From Candidatus Heimdallarchaeota archaeon (GTDB lineage Archaea; Asgardarchaeota; Heimdallarchaeia; JABLTI01), in the NCBI GenBank assembly GCA_018238155.1, contig JABCTZ010000019.1, positions 96,001-160,000 of the forward strand: a stretch of DNA of 64,000 nucleotides. The letters are read 5' to 3'. Below, piece by piece: positions 1 to 9,955 of the stretch. The notes below the pieces were generated by a model. The model was not told where the DNA came from. It ran no database searches and saw only the letters and a program-made list of their open reading frames with translations. Each line of letters starts with the position of its first letter. Within the stretch, counting starts at the first letter, position 1. A program made the translations under genes and the position numbers.

Positions 1-1063
1 TTGAAAGATTATCACTTGCAAGATCTGAATTCTCTAATTGTATAGTATTCAATTCTTCTTTTGCAGAAATTTTATTTTCTTTTAGTTGTTCTAATTCACG
101 TTCTTTCTGAGCTTTATTTGATACGTTAATAGACTGGTTTTTAGTTAACTCCTCAATTTCACTTGTAAGAGTATTGAAAGACTGTGTTGTAGCATCTTTT
201 ACTTTTGCTTTTGCTTCTTTGAGTTTTTTATCGTATGATACAATTGCTACAGTCAGCTGATCAATAGTTTCCTCAGAACTCTTCTTTTTCTCTTTCAAGT
301 CATCTATTTTTGAGACAATTTCAACAATTCTGTCTTTAAGTTGTCTTATTCGAGCATGAATAAGTTTTGCTTCGGTATTCTTAATACGAATGGTTAATTC
401 TTGGTATCTTATTGCATCTTCTTTTTCTTTTTCTAGTCTTGCAAGATTCTTCATTGATTCTTCTAATCTTACTGTAGCAATTCGTAATTTCGTTCGTGCA
501 TCATCAAGGTTTTTCTGAGCCTTTTCCTTTTTTTCATCATAAGAGGCTATCCCAGCAATTTCTTCAAAAAGTCCTCTGACTTGCAAAGGAGACATGTTTG
601 CAAAATTAGCTATTTCACCTTGTCGAATAACATTGTAACCGTCAATTGAGATGCCGCACATTGCAATAGTATCAATAATTTCACCTCGAGTGATTTTTGA
701 ACCATTTAGATAATATTCGCTTCTTCCATCAAGATGCACTTTTCTACTGATATGAACTTCATCCGTTGCTATCGGAATTTGTTTTGGTTCTGCAGCGTTG
801 TCTAGAACTAGAGTGACTCTTGAATTTGAAGCCGTTTTTTGCCCTTCTTTTGTTCCCGAAAAAATTACTCCTGATAACTTATCACTACGAATTGTTTTAG
901 AACTAAGTTGACCAATTACAAATTGTATTGCATCTGAAATATTGGATTTCCCACAACCATTTGGTCCACTAATAACCGTTAAGCCTTTGGTTAAGTGAAG
1001 TACAACTTTACGACGACCATAACTCTTGAAATTTTCGAGAATTAATCTTTTAATATGAACCAG
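1..1063 (-). CDS. smc: Chromosome segregation protein SMC, N-terminal part (runs off left window edge)
   Basis: Not in the ORF track. Manual translation of the minus strand gives (M)VHIKRLILENFKSYGRRKVVLHLTKGLTVISGPNGCGKSNI (SMC head, Walker A), a Q-loop (YNVIRQGEI), FEEIAGIASY and then coiled coil. Probable CTG start at 1063 with AGGTGA SD motif; in-frame TGA at 1088-1090. Confidence 0.93.
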   Translation of the reverse strand, partial: MVHIKRLILENFKSYGRRKVVLHLTKGLTVISGPNGCGKSNISDAIQFVIGQLSSKTIRSDKLSGVIFSGTKEGQKTASNSRVTLVLDNAAEPKQIPIATDEVHISRKVHLDGRSEYYLNGSKITRGEIIDTIAMCGISIDGYNVIRQGEIANFANMSPLQVRGLFEEIAGIASYDEKKEKAQKNLDDARTKLRIATVRLEESMKNLARLEKEKEDAIRYQELTIRIKNTEAKLIHARIRQLKDRIVEIVSKIDDLKEKKKSSEETIDQLTVAIVSYDKKLKEAKAKVKDATTQSFNTLTSEIEELTKNQSINVSNKAQKERELEQLKENKISAKEELNTIQLENSDLASDNLS

Positions 1064-1344
1064 TAGTAATTCACCTGCGTGTTGTCCTCACAACATTATA
1101 TCAAATATACATCCGACATTATTTCTCTTATGAAATAATATTACTATTCTTCTAAATGAAACTATTTTTATCTCAGCAAATTCTTTCTCTTTTTAAATGG
1201 TTTTGAGACTTCTACATCAAATTATTTCACTCTTATCAAAAAGGATTGTATTATCCATAACTTATCTTCATATCCCATTTAATTCATTTAAATAAAAAAA
1301 AATGAAGTCGAAGGAAATTACTTTGATAAAATGAATTTCTCCTT

Positions 1345-1707
1345 CTAAATGAGTTTCTCAATTTGAGTAGCAAAAGTTCGTAGATTCTTTTTAATGATTC
1401 CTACTTGGGAACGCGCATCTTCCCCGTAAAATCCCACTAAAATGGCTTTCTTGGAAACAATAATGGTAATATATCCTTCCTCAATTTCACCATCGATGAT
1501 TTTTACTTTCTTCTTATCAAGGGATTCACTAAGTTTTTTCATCGCTCGAACGACAACTGAAGCACTTGAGAGTATAAAGTCATGTTTTAACTCTACAAGA
1601 GTATCTGCCCAAAGCTTTGTTCCATCTAATTTTCCGATTAGGAGACCTTCTAATTCGGGTATTTTATCACGAAATTCTGTTGCTGCATTAACTAATTTTT
1701 CTGACAT
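1345..1707 (-). CDS. Roadblock/LC7 (LAMTOR2/MglB-like) domain protein
   Basis: 120 aa with Roadblock-type pattern: helix, LEGLLIGKLDG, helix, beta strands, C-terminal helix (QVGIIKKNLRTFATQIEKLI). Confidence 0.75.
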   Translation of the reverse strand: MSEKLVNAATEFRDKIPELEGLLIGKLDGTKLWADTLVELKHDFILSSASVVVRAMKKLSESLDKKKVKIIDGEIEEGYITIIVSKKAILVGFYGEDARSQVGIIKKNLRTFATQIEKLI

Positions 1708-1788
1708 AGTTCATCCCGCTCTATCATTCTAATCTTAATAATAATAACTTTTCTTTAGTAACAATTGAGCTTTTATAATTGAATTTAA

Positions 1789-2889
1789 TCATTTGGATAA
1801 AGAATGATAATCTTCCGGGTAGAGTATGAACTCATTGCCCACACATTCTTTCGTTCCAAGAATTATTTGGAGAAAAGAACGCTTATTTTTCACATCTATT
1901 ACTTTTTCAAGCAATCCTCTTATGATGATTTTCTCTCCCTTTATGAAATATCCTGTTAATGCTCCTTCAAAAGAAAGCACTCTTTCTAAAGGCAAATCAG
2001 GTATTTGAGCTGTTTTTGATAGGAACTCACAATTATCAATTTGATAAATTGCAGGATAAGCAAATCCGAGATCACTATTTGTAATTTCACACTCTACATC
2101 TACAGCAAAAATCGGTGAAAATACTTCATCACCATATTTAAATGGTAATTCGGATGGTATTGGACTAAAAACTAGCGATAAATCAGTCTCACCAAATATT
2201 GATAACCATTTTTTCTTAGCTATATATTTGCTTGCTAATTTCATTGGTAAACCAGATTTTTTTGCCATGCTTCTTTCATAACGCATTCTCTTTTGTTGTG
2301 CCATTTCTTTGATCTCAGGAAAAACTTCGTAAATAATAGGGAATTCTTCATTAAAATTCTGTGCAAAGTCATTTCCATAAACAATGAAATCAATGTCTGA
2401 TTTTTTTGTTTGTGCTTTCCAAACAATAGATCCTGTTATACCCATTTTATTGAAAGGAATTTTTAAGTTGTCCCGTAATAATTCAGCTAATTTTTTTACT
2501 TTTGTTTCTATATCATCTAATCTGCTTTCCTCATTTATTATTTCCATCAAACGTTCTTCAGGATAAAAATAACGTTTAATTCGTTTAATTGGCACGGCCA
2601 AAAAATCAACGCTATATACTTCACTATGATAAAAGTAGCTTGGCTCTTTTGTTTTAAAATTAATTAGATTGTCTTGATGCCCTTCTAAACTGTAACTCTT
2701 TAACATCCTTTTATACTTCAAACCAGTCTCTCGAGAGACCCAATGACTTTCCCCGAGATCATATTTTACAATGCAAAGTTTTCTATCTTCAGGATGATGC
2801 CATGTAAGCACTTGACAAATACGATTCTTATCGTCCATAAAATAGTCTAAATGCAATGATTCTCGTTTGAATGTTAAATTTCCATGCAC
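1789..2889 (-). CDS. Predicted archaeal nucleotidyltransferase (COG1665-like, Pol-beta superfamily)
   Basis: GITGS...SDIDFIVYG motif, N-terminal HP motif, C-terminal OB-like region (GEKIIIRGLLEKV). Confidence 0.75.
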   Translation of the reverse strand: MHGNLTFKRESLHLDYFMDDKNRICQVLTWHHPEDRKLCIVKYDLGESHWVSRETGLKYKRMLKSYSLEGHQDNLINFKTKEPSYFYHSEVYSVDFLAVPIKRIKRYFYPEERLMEIINEESRLDDIETKVKKLAELLRDNLKIPFNKMGITGSIVWKAQTKKSDIDFIVYGNDFAQNFNEEFPIIYEVFPEIKEMAQQKRMRYERSMAKKSGLPMKLASKYIAKKKWLSIFGETDLSLVFSPIPSELPFKYGDEVFSPIFAVDVECEITNSDLGFAYPAIYQIDNCEFLSKTAQIPDLPLERVLSFEGALTGYFIKGEKIIIRGLLEKVIDVKNKRSFLQIILGTKECVGNEFILYPEDYHSLSK

Positions 2890-3044
2890 TGATTAATCAC
2901 CATTGAACAAAAGAATGAGCTGTTCTTCTCAATTTTAAGACTTTCTTCAAATTAAACTATTAATAAAATGAATTGTTTTTTAATGAGAACTTCTAATATC
3001 TCTAGTATAATAACAATTCATCGAACTTTAGAAGTGACTTAGAC

Positions 3045-3863
3045 ATGCCAAAAGTGAAACCAGAAGACGAAGCACAATTATATTTTCTCTCTGGAAAGAA
3101 GGCGTTTGAGGTTGGAAATTCGGATGATGCATTTCAAGATTTAAATTTGGCACTAAAATATTATCATCATTCAACCGAGCACGCAATTTTAGCAGAGATG
3201 CATCGAATGTTAGGAGAACTCTATTATGACAAAGGAAAAATGATTGAATCCCGAAATCATTACAAAAGAGCTTTTCAATCATTTAAGAACTTCAATCAAA
3301 AAATTGGGATGGCCGATTGTTTCGATAAGATAGCAATTACTTTCATATTACAAGGTGAATTAGAACATGCAGAAGATTATCAAGAAAAAGCACTAGATAT
3401 CAGAAAAAACACTCCTGATAAAAGAGGGTTAGCTCGTGGATTAAAAAATCTAGCAATTATAAAATATAAAATGGGCACTGATCTCAAAAAAGCATTAGAA
3501 ATGTTGGACCATGCAATCTCTCTTGCTTCAAAAAGTAAAGAACCTCAGCTAGTTATTAACATCTGTTTAGATAAAGCAAAAGTAGAGATAAAACTCGGAT
3601 TGTTGGAAGAAGCAATGAAAAGTAACGTTATTGCAAGACGATTCAGCAAAAAACATTCATTAAAATTACCAGATGAAAGCCAAGATGAATTTGCTGATTT
3701 ATTGATTCAATTGGGGTTAAATGCTTACGATGATGGGGCAATGGAACAGGCATTAAAATACTTAAAAAATGCCACATTAATTCTAAAAACAAATGATAAA
3801 CAAATATCCTCTTCTATTGCAGATATCATTTCAAAACTGGAGGAAAAATATGTTTCAAATTAA
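3045..3863 (+). CDS. Tetratricopeptide repeat protein
   Basis: Repeated TPR consensus (LGELYYDKGKMIESRNHYKRA; GELEHAEDYQEKALDI; GAMEQALKYLKNA). Confidence 0.85.
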   Translation: MPKVKPEDEAQLYFLSGKKAFEVGNSDDAFQDLNLALKYYHHSTEHAILAEMHRMLGELYYDKGKMIESRNHYKRAFQSFKNFNQKIGMADCFDKIAITFILQGELEHAEDYQEKALDIRKNTPDKRGLARGLKNLAIIKYKMGTDLKKALEMLDHAISLASKSKEPQLVINICLDKAKVEIKLGLLEEAMKSNVIARRFSKKHSLKLPDESQDEFADLLIQLGLNAYDDGAMEQALKYLKNATLILKTNDKQISSSIADIISKLEEKYVSN

Positions 3864-3879
3864 TGAAAAAAACTTTTGA

Positions 3880-3984
3880 TGGGCGGGAGGGGATTTGAAC
3901 CCCCGAACTCTTGATTTTTCGCAAAAATAGATTAATCTATTTTTGACCCGAACCAAGTATCATACCGTACTAGACTACCCACCC
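3880..3984 (-). tRNA. tRNA-Pro(CGG) with 31-nt intron at position 37/38 (intron 3916-3946)
   Basis: Reverse complement folds with acceptor stem GGGTGGG/CCCGCCC, anticodon stem CTTGG/TCAAG, loop TT-CGG-G^A and T-arm GGGGG-TTCAAAT-CCCCT. Perfect bulge-helix-bulge (TTCG/CGAA). Confidence 0.93.
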
Positions 3985-4138
3985 AGGATTACTTCTATCG
4001 TATTTAAATCGTTTAATAAAAAATTTTTTCTATCAATAATAATTGATGTAAATTGTTTCAATTAGTGATAAGAAAGGTTATTAGTTTCACTGTCAGTATT
4101 TTCCTATATAAACAGATGACTGATAGGAGAGCCTTTCC

Positions 4139-4975
4139 ATGAACGGTATAAAAAAAGTAGCTGTCATTTCTCGATTGTCACAAGATAAACACAAGAAATT
4201 AGCTAAAGAAGTTGTTAGCATTTTCGAAAATTATGAAGTCGATGTTTATATGAATGAACCTTTCGCCAAAGTAATGAAGTATTCTAATTCAATATCGATG
4301 GAAAAATTAAACACTGTCGATTTAGTAATCGCTCTAGGTGGGGATGGTACTATTCTATGGACAGCTCGTTATTCTGATGAAGTACCTATTTTTGGAATTA
4401 ACGCGGGTTATCTTGGTTTTCTTACTACAGCCACTTTAGAAAAAAGTGAAATAAGCCTTCAACGGATAATGACAGGTGATTTTGTTCTAGAGCGTTGTAT
4501 GCGTTTGAGGATTCTCTTAGATGGAAAAGCATTATCTACAGCATTAAATGAAGTTTATGTCACCAATGAGAAAAATGCTCAAATATGTAATTTGAATTTT
4601 GAAGTTGATGGATTTGACTTTGGTAATCATAGACTTGATGGTTTACTAGTTTCTACTCCAGTTGGTTCTACTGCTTATGCTCTTTCAGCTGGTGGTTCAA
4701 TAATTGAACCAAAAATCAAAGCAATGCAAATTGTTCCTGTGAATAGCGTTACAAGGCGCATTCGACCTTTTGTTGTTCCAGGTGATTCAAAGGTTACCAT
4801 CTCTATTCCTTCATATTCTACAAAAAAAGTAGCTATTGTTATAGATGGTAATGAAGAAAACAAATTTCCAAGTGACTCTAAACTAGAAGTAACTCAAGCT
4901 AAACGAGAAACAGTTTTTCTCCGATTTCCAGATCATGGATTTTTCAATAGATTGCAAGATAAATTGGGATTCTAA
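4139..4975 (+). CDS. nadK: NAD(+) kinase
   Basis: GGDGT motif, GINAGYLGFL, LNE, DGLLVSTPVGSTAYALSAGG. Confidence 0.95.
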   Translation: MNGIKKVAVISRLSQDKHKKLAKEVVSIFENYEVDVYMNEPFAKVMKYSNSISMEKLNTVDLVIALGGDGTILWTARYSDEVPIFGINAGYLGFLTTATLEKSEISLQRIMTGDFVLERCMRLRILLDGKALSTALNEVYVTNEKNAQICNLNFEVDGFDFGNHRLDGLLVSTPVGSTAYALSAGGSIIEPKIKAMQIVPVNSVTRRIRPFVVPGDSKVTISIPSYSTKKVAIVIDGNEENKFPSDSKLEVTQAKRETVFLRFPDHGFFNRLQDKLGF

Positions 4976-4992
4976 TCACTCGAGGTGAAATT

Positions 4993-5526
4993 GTGTCTGC
5001 AAAGAAAATGAGAAAAAAAGCATTTGTTATTGATGCTTCCGCGATATTTAATGGTGTATTGAGTCATAATCTTCTTGGCAAGAAATATCTCCCACAATGT
5101 GTGACATATGAAATTGAAGGGATGTATCGAGGAGAAGCGCTTTTAGAGGAAATTGCTGTAAAGAAAGATGTAATTATTACTATCCCTGATAAAACAGCTT
5201 TTACCGAAGTGAATAATCAAGCAAATGAAACAGGGGATATTGCGGAGCTTTCTGAATGTGATATGAATGTTGTTGCAATAGCTTATGAATTGCAATTAAA
5301 GAATAATTTAGTAGAAATTATTACTGATGATTATGATATCCAAAACCTAGCAAATCATATGGGTATCTCTTACAAAGGAATATATTGGAAAGGCATAACT
5401 TGGGTACATGAATATACTTGGATCTGTACTGGTTGTAGATTTAAAAGCAAAAAACAAATGGACACTTGTTTCGAATGTGGTTCTTCTATGAAGAAGAAAG
5501 TTCAAAGAAAGAAAAAAAGGAGCTAA
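4993..5526 (+). CDS. nob1: Nob1-like rRNA maturation endonuclease (PIN domain + Zn ribbon)
   Basis: VIDASA, TGD..LS..D, TDDYDIQNLA PIN motifs; C-terminal CTGC...CFECG. Confidence 0.88.
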   Translation: MSAKKMRKKAFVIDASAIFNGVLSHNLLGKKYLPQCVTYEIEGMYRGEALLEEIAVKKDVIITIPDKTAFTEVNNQANETGDIAELSECDMNVVAIAYELQLKNNLVEIITDDYDIQNLANHMGISYKGIYWKGITWVHEYTWICTGCRFKSKKQMDTCFECGSSMKKKVQRKKKRS

Positions 5527-5530
5527 TAAC

Positions 5531-6382
5531 ATGTCTCTTAATACTGCGAAGGTAACTAAACGTGGACTAATACTCACTGATTCAAAGAAAATCTCCTTAA
5601 TTGTCCCATTGAAAATCACTCGAGATAAAGTACAAAAAGATGATAATTCTAAAATAGATCTTAATAGACCTCTTTTTCTCCTCCTTGCTGAAAATCTTAG
5701 TAGATATTCTATTATTTTTAATAAGACATCCAAAACTGACTTTGAATTGTTACTGACTTGTTATTTTACTGCATCTCAACAGACAACTCTATTTCAGAAT
5801 TCACAAAATACCTTGAAACGTCTTAGCCTACTTTTATCTGATAATAATTTTAACATTGACCCTCTTTCACCTCAAGATTTTCTTAATCAGATAAAAAATA
5901 AATTACCAAAAAGTATTGTTGAAGTGGCTCCACAAATATATGAAATTGTAACACCAAAAGGTGTCTTTTATCAAACAACAGCAAAATTCTTGATCAATCA
6001 TTTCTTTGAAAAGAAAGCTTTCTTTTCTTTTTTAACTGATTTCTTAGCAATTCTTCCTAATGGATGGACAAGTATAGACATCAAAAATACAAAGAAGCAC
6101 ATCAAAGATAAAATGCAATATATTTCAGAAATTGCAATAACTGTCAATCTTAGCGATTCTGATATGGTATCCTTACAATTAGATCAAAAGAAATTACGCT
6201 CTCTTTTGCAATTTTTTTCCAAGGTTTGGATTGATGAACCTGAAGGTCTGATAACTTTGGTAAAAATCGATGAATTTCAAAAAAATTATGGAAAGATTAT
6301 TTTCGGTCAAGGTTGGAAATTCTTTCCGGTAGATTATGAAGGTATTTTGGATTTCAGTTCACTTTTAAAACTCCTGCCATAA
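5531..6382 (+). CDS. Hypothetical protein
   Basis: 283-aa ORF starting 4 nt after nob1; no recognised motif. Confidence 0.6.
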   Translation: MSLNTAKVTKRGLILTDSKKISLIVPLKITRDKVQKDDNSKIDLNRPLFLLLAENLSRYSIIFNKTSKTDFELLLTCYFTASQQTTLFQNSQNTLKRLSLLLSDNNFNIDPLSPQDFLNQIKNKLPKSIVEVAPQIYEIVTPKGVFYQTTAKFLINHFFEKKAFFSFLTDFLAILPNGWTSIDIKNTKKHIKDKMQYISEIAITVNLSDSDMVSLQLDQKKLRSLLQFFSKVWIDEPEGLITLVKIDEFQKNYGKIIFGQGWKFFPVDYEGILDFSSLLKLLP

Positions 6383-6544
6383 AAATAAACTAATTTAAAA
6401 TAATTCCCCCAACTCAACACAATCTTTTTAATCAATACGTTGTTTTTTGGAGATATCGCAATCGCGTGTTACTGTCACCGTACTCTTTAACAACCTTTTA
6501 TCGTTATTGATGTGCGGTATAAACTACACTAGTAAGTGATTAAT

Positions 6545-7192
6545 ATGGATATAAACAAAACGACAGAAGCCGTTGCTGCTCTTAAAAAAGCATCTAAAAA
6601 ACGAAAGTTTATTGAAAGCATTGATATTGCTGTAAACTTTAAAGATTTAGATCTTAAAGTACCTAGCAACCGTTTTAATTTCCAGACAACCTTACCTCAT
6701 GCTATTCGCAAAAAACCACAAGTAGCTATTTTTGCTTCTGGTGAAATTGCTGTGAATGCTCGCAATGCAGGTGTCAAGACTGTCTTGGGAAAAACTGAAC
6801 TTGAAGCTTTAGGAAAACTTCCTAAAGAAATTAGAAAGTTAGCAAGAGAACATGATTTCTTTCTCGCTGAACCTTCTTTGATGCCTTTGATTGCCCGATT
6901 TCTCGGTAAATATTTGGCTCCTCGAGGAAAGATGCCTCAACCAATTGCGCCAAACGTAGATATTCCCTCTCTTCTTGTACGTTTTACTCGAACGTCTAGA
7001 TTACGTATAAAGGAAAATCCTGTTGTAATTACTAAAGTTGGCACTGTTAAAATGGATAATAAAGCAATAGCTGATAATATTGCCGCAGTTATTCACACTC
7101 TAGAAGCTCGCTTAGAGAAAGGTATGATGAATATACGTTCTGCTAATATTAAGACTACTATGGGTAAGTCGTTTAGAATTGAGGTGCACTAA
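6545..7192 (+). CDS. rpl1: 50S ribosomal protein L1 (uL1)
   Basis: KRKFIESIDIAVNFKDLDLK, LGKYLAPRGKMP, KTTMG. Alternative GTG start at 6536. Confidence 0.96.
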   Translation: MDINKTTEAVAALKKASKKRKFIESIDIAVNFKDLDLKVPSNRFNFQTTLPHAIRKKPQVAIFASGEIAVNARNAGVKTVLGKTELEALGKLPKEIRKLAREHDFFLAEPSLMPLIARFLGKYLAPRGKMPQPIAPNVDIPSLLVRFTRTSRLRIKENPVVITKVGTVKMDNKAIADNIAAVIHTLEARLEKGMMNIRSANIKTTMGKSFRIEVH

Positions 7193-8200
7193 ATGAGCAA
7201 AGCAGTATATCTCCATGAACCCAACCCAAGCAATAAACGTCAACTGAAAGAATTGGTTGAAATTCTTGGTTCTTACAATAATATTGGGATAACTAAGGTT
7301 GAAAATATTGCCTCTAAGACCATCCAACGTATTCGACATGATATGCGTGGAGAAACTGTTCTCAAAATAGCTAAGAATACTTTGATGCGTTTGGCTCTAG
7401 AAGAAGCAGCTAAAAAAGACAAAGGCTTAAGCAAATTGTTGGATTATATTCAAGGATCATGTGCATTCATTTTCACTAATGGCAATCCATTCAAAGTAGC
7501 AAACTATCTTGAGAAAAAGAAAATTCCAACAGCAGCAAAAGAAGGACAAATCGCTCCAAAAGATATTAGTATCTCTGCAAGGGATACTGGTTTTGCTCCA
7601 GGTCCAGTTATAGGTGAACTTCAATCTATTGGTTTATTAACCAGAATTGAAGGTGGAACCATTAAGATAATTGAAGATGCAGTTGTTTGTAAAGCTGGCG
7701 ACAAAGTCTCCAAGACCTTGACTAACGTTCTTAATCGTTTAGGCATTGAACCTTTCGATGCTGGATTATCTGTTGATGTTATTTATAGCGCAGGTAATCT
7801 AATGGTTCATGATGACCTTATCGTTGATTTCGATGAAATCATGAATAATCTCGTGAAAGCTCATCAAGACGCTGTTGCACTATCCCTTGGTGCTAACATT
7901 CCAATGAAAGAAAATATTGACCAACTACTCGGCAGAACTCTTAGAGAAGCTCTCTCCTTAGCCATTGAAACCAATTTCATTACTCCGGAAACTGCTGGAA
8001 CCATTCTCGCAAAGACACAATTAGAAGCAATGATTCTCGCAAAAGCAATTGCTACACAAGATCCAAGCATTATTCCACCAGAATTACTTGCTGCTACTCA
8101 AGCTGTTGCAGCTACAACTACCACACCTGAACCAAGTACTCCTGAACCTGAAGAAGAGGAAGAAGAAGAAGACTCTGGTATGGGTTCATTGTTTGGTTAG
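7193..8200 (+). CDS. rplP0: 50S ribosomal protein L10/P0 (uL10)
   Basis: IAKNTLMRLAL, FTNGNPF, DTGFAPGPVIGELQ, acidic C-terminal tail EEEEEEEDSGMGSLFG. Confidence 0.96.
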   Translation: MSKAVYLHEPNPSNKRQLKELVEILGSYNNIGITKVENIASKTIQRIRHDMRGETVLKIAKNTLMRLALEEAAKKDKGLSKLLDYIQGSCAFIFTNGNPFKVANYLEKKKIPTAAKEGQIAPKDISISARDTGFAPGPVIGELQSIGLLTRIEGGTIKIIEDAVVCKAGDKVSKTLTNVLNRLGIEPFDAGLSVDVIYSAGNLMVHDDLIVDFDEIMNNLVKAHQDAVALSLGANIPMKENIDQLLGRTLREALSLAIETNFITPETAGTILAKTQLEAMILAKAIATQDPSIIPPELLAATQAVAATTTTPEPSTPEPEEEEEEEDSGMGSLFG

Positions 8201-8222
8201 TTTGTCAAAAATGTTATCTGAC

Positions 8223-8268
8223 TCTCGATTTCCAACAAAAGGAAATTCGAGAAACAATTCTTTTTTTT
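8223..8268 (+). terminator. Putative hairpin + oligo-T terminator after rplP0
   Basis: TCTCGA-TTTCC...GGAAA-T-TCGAGA stem (8223-8252) followed by T8 (8261-8268). Confidence 0.45.
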
Positions 8269-8390
8269 ATTATTGTTTAATTAGTTCTTAAACTATCTAT
8301 TATGAAATCATCATTCAATCGAAACCTTCATAAGAATAGTAGATTTATCGCTCATATTGAACACGGAACTTTTAAAGGAACCTGGAACAA

Positions 8391-8681
8391 ATGAAAGATA
8401 AAATAGCTGGTTATTCGATATTTCTGTCATCACTGATAGTTTTAGGTGCATATTGGACCTTTACAATATGGGGGCTTGCAGATTGGACAAAAGGAAATTC
8501 ATTCCTCACCAATCAAATTACGATTATTTTGATTGCCGCTCCTATCCTCTTAGGCTTGCTTGTAATTCTTGCTATAGCAGCTTGGATAGGTTGGACTATG
8601 GCAAGAACTCCTCCTCCCGCACCAATAGACCTTGAAGATTTTGAAAGCGTAGAAGAGATCGAGGAAAAAACAGAGAAATAA
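8391..8681 (+). CDS. Small two-TM membrane protein (archaeal IGWTMAxTPPPxPI family; DPM2-like)
   Basis: Two hydrophobic helices, WIGWTMARTPPPAPI motif, acidic tail. Confidence 0.7.
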   Translation: MKDKIAGYSIFLSSLIVLGAYWTFTIWGLADWTKGNSFLTNQITIILIAAPILLGLLVILAIAAWIGWTMARTPPPAPIDLEDFESVEEIEEKTEK

Positions 8682-8827
8682 GGTTTTTATCTTCTTTCCT
8701 TTTTTTTGTTAAAATAATCTATTTATTTCTTTTTTATCTATTTTTTAGCATAAAAGTCACTAAAGTGCTCAATAGCAAATGATATATTTAATGAAAACCT
8801 TTTTTTGTTTAACATCCTATCTTTGTT

Positions 8828-9850
8828 GTGAGTGGATATGAAACGATGGATATACGTAGCATTTCAAGTCAGAATTTAATTCCAATTATTGATCCAACTA
8901 ATCTTCGTCAAAGTCCTGATGAATTTCTTGCGGAGAACGGAGGATTCCTAAGTGAAGTTGCAGTGGTTGGTAAATCCACTTCTGGATTTGTACACTTCCG
9001 GAGTGCAACAGCTCCAACTAATCGAGATACAAATGAATTTTTCTCAACATTTTCAACTATTGCTGATTCAATTGGCATTAAAGTATATGCTATTGTTAAT
9101 GGATTAGCAGATAACTTCTTTGGTAAAAACCCAAGTTATTCTGCGATTAAAGATGGTGGAAATTCAAACAGTAGTTTTGTTGACCCATTTAAAGATTCAT
9201 ATACCACTTACCTGAAATCAATTATTGATGAGGTAAGCAATTATCCAATTCAAGGAATACTCCTTGATAATATTCGTTTTCCTCGTGAGGAATACAGTTT
9301 CTGTGAAAGTTGCAGACGCTCATTTTCTAGCGCATATGGAATTGAACGAATGTTTTCATTAGGTGATATTCAAAGAGATCCCAATTTAGGGGCGGAATGG
9401 CTTAATTGGCGTAAAAATAGAATTGAAACAATTTTACGAGATCTTCAGCAGACACTTACACTGAAAAAAGACTTGTCTGTTTCTATAACAATGGATATTG
9501 ACCCTACGTTAGATGGTCCAATTGGAGCTTTGAAACATTTCGGTCAAGATATAAATGTAATAGGAAATTATGGTATTCCGACAATTCACTTATCTGCTTG
9601 GACTCCATATCCAGCTTCTCCAACTACTCCTGAGTTTAAGCTTTTACAAAAGAATCTAGATTTCGCTAAGAAATATCAAGCTAGAACTCAACAAGATGTC
9701 AATCTTTTCCTATGGGGTGTTGAAGATGAATCTGTTTTACCTTTAATTGATGATCTTAAAAAAGAGATAAAATTCAAGAATATCTTCATACAAAACCACT
9801 GGCCAAGTGACTATCAGAAGCGTAGAGAAATCCATCTCGGTTTAGTTTAA
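8828..9850 (+). CDS. Glycoside hydrolase-like TIM-barrel protein (GHL10-like)
   Basis: FVDPF...IIDEVSNYPIQGILLDNIRFP...FCESCRRSF...WLNWR pattern. Confidence 0.65.
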   Translation: MSGYETMDIRSISSQNLIPIIDPTNLRQSPDEFLAENGGFLSEVAVVGKSTSGFVHFRSATAPTNRDTNEFFSTFSTIADSIGIKVYAIVNGLADNFFGKNPSYSAIKDGGNSNSSFVDPFKDSYTTYLKSIIDEVSNYPIQGILLDNIRFPREEYSFCESCRRSFSSAYGIERMFSLGDIQRDPNLGAEWLNWRKNRIETILRDLQQTLTLKKDLSVSITMDIDPTLDGPIGALKHFGQDINVIGNYGIPTIHLSAWTPYPASPTTPEFKLLQKNLDFAKKYQARTQQDVNLFLWGVEDESVLPLIDDLKKEIKFKNIFIQNHWPSDYQKRREIHLGLV

Positions 9851-9955
9851 ACAATGAAGAAGATGTTTTTCTTATTTCTATTTTTTTCTATTTTGTCACT
9901 ACTCATATATTTATATAGAAAGTTAGAAATAACAAGCAAACATATTTAATTAGTA

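Noticed and set aside
8148-8172. GAA trinucleotide repeat
   Set aside because: It encodes the normal poly-Glu tail of P0.
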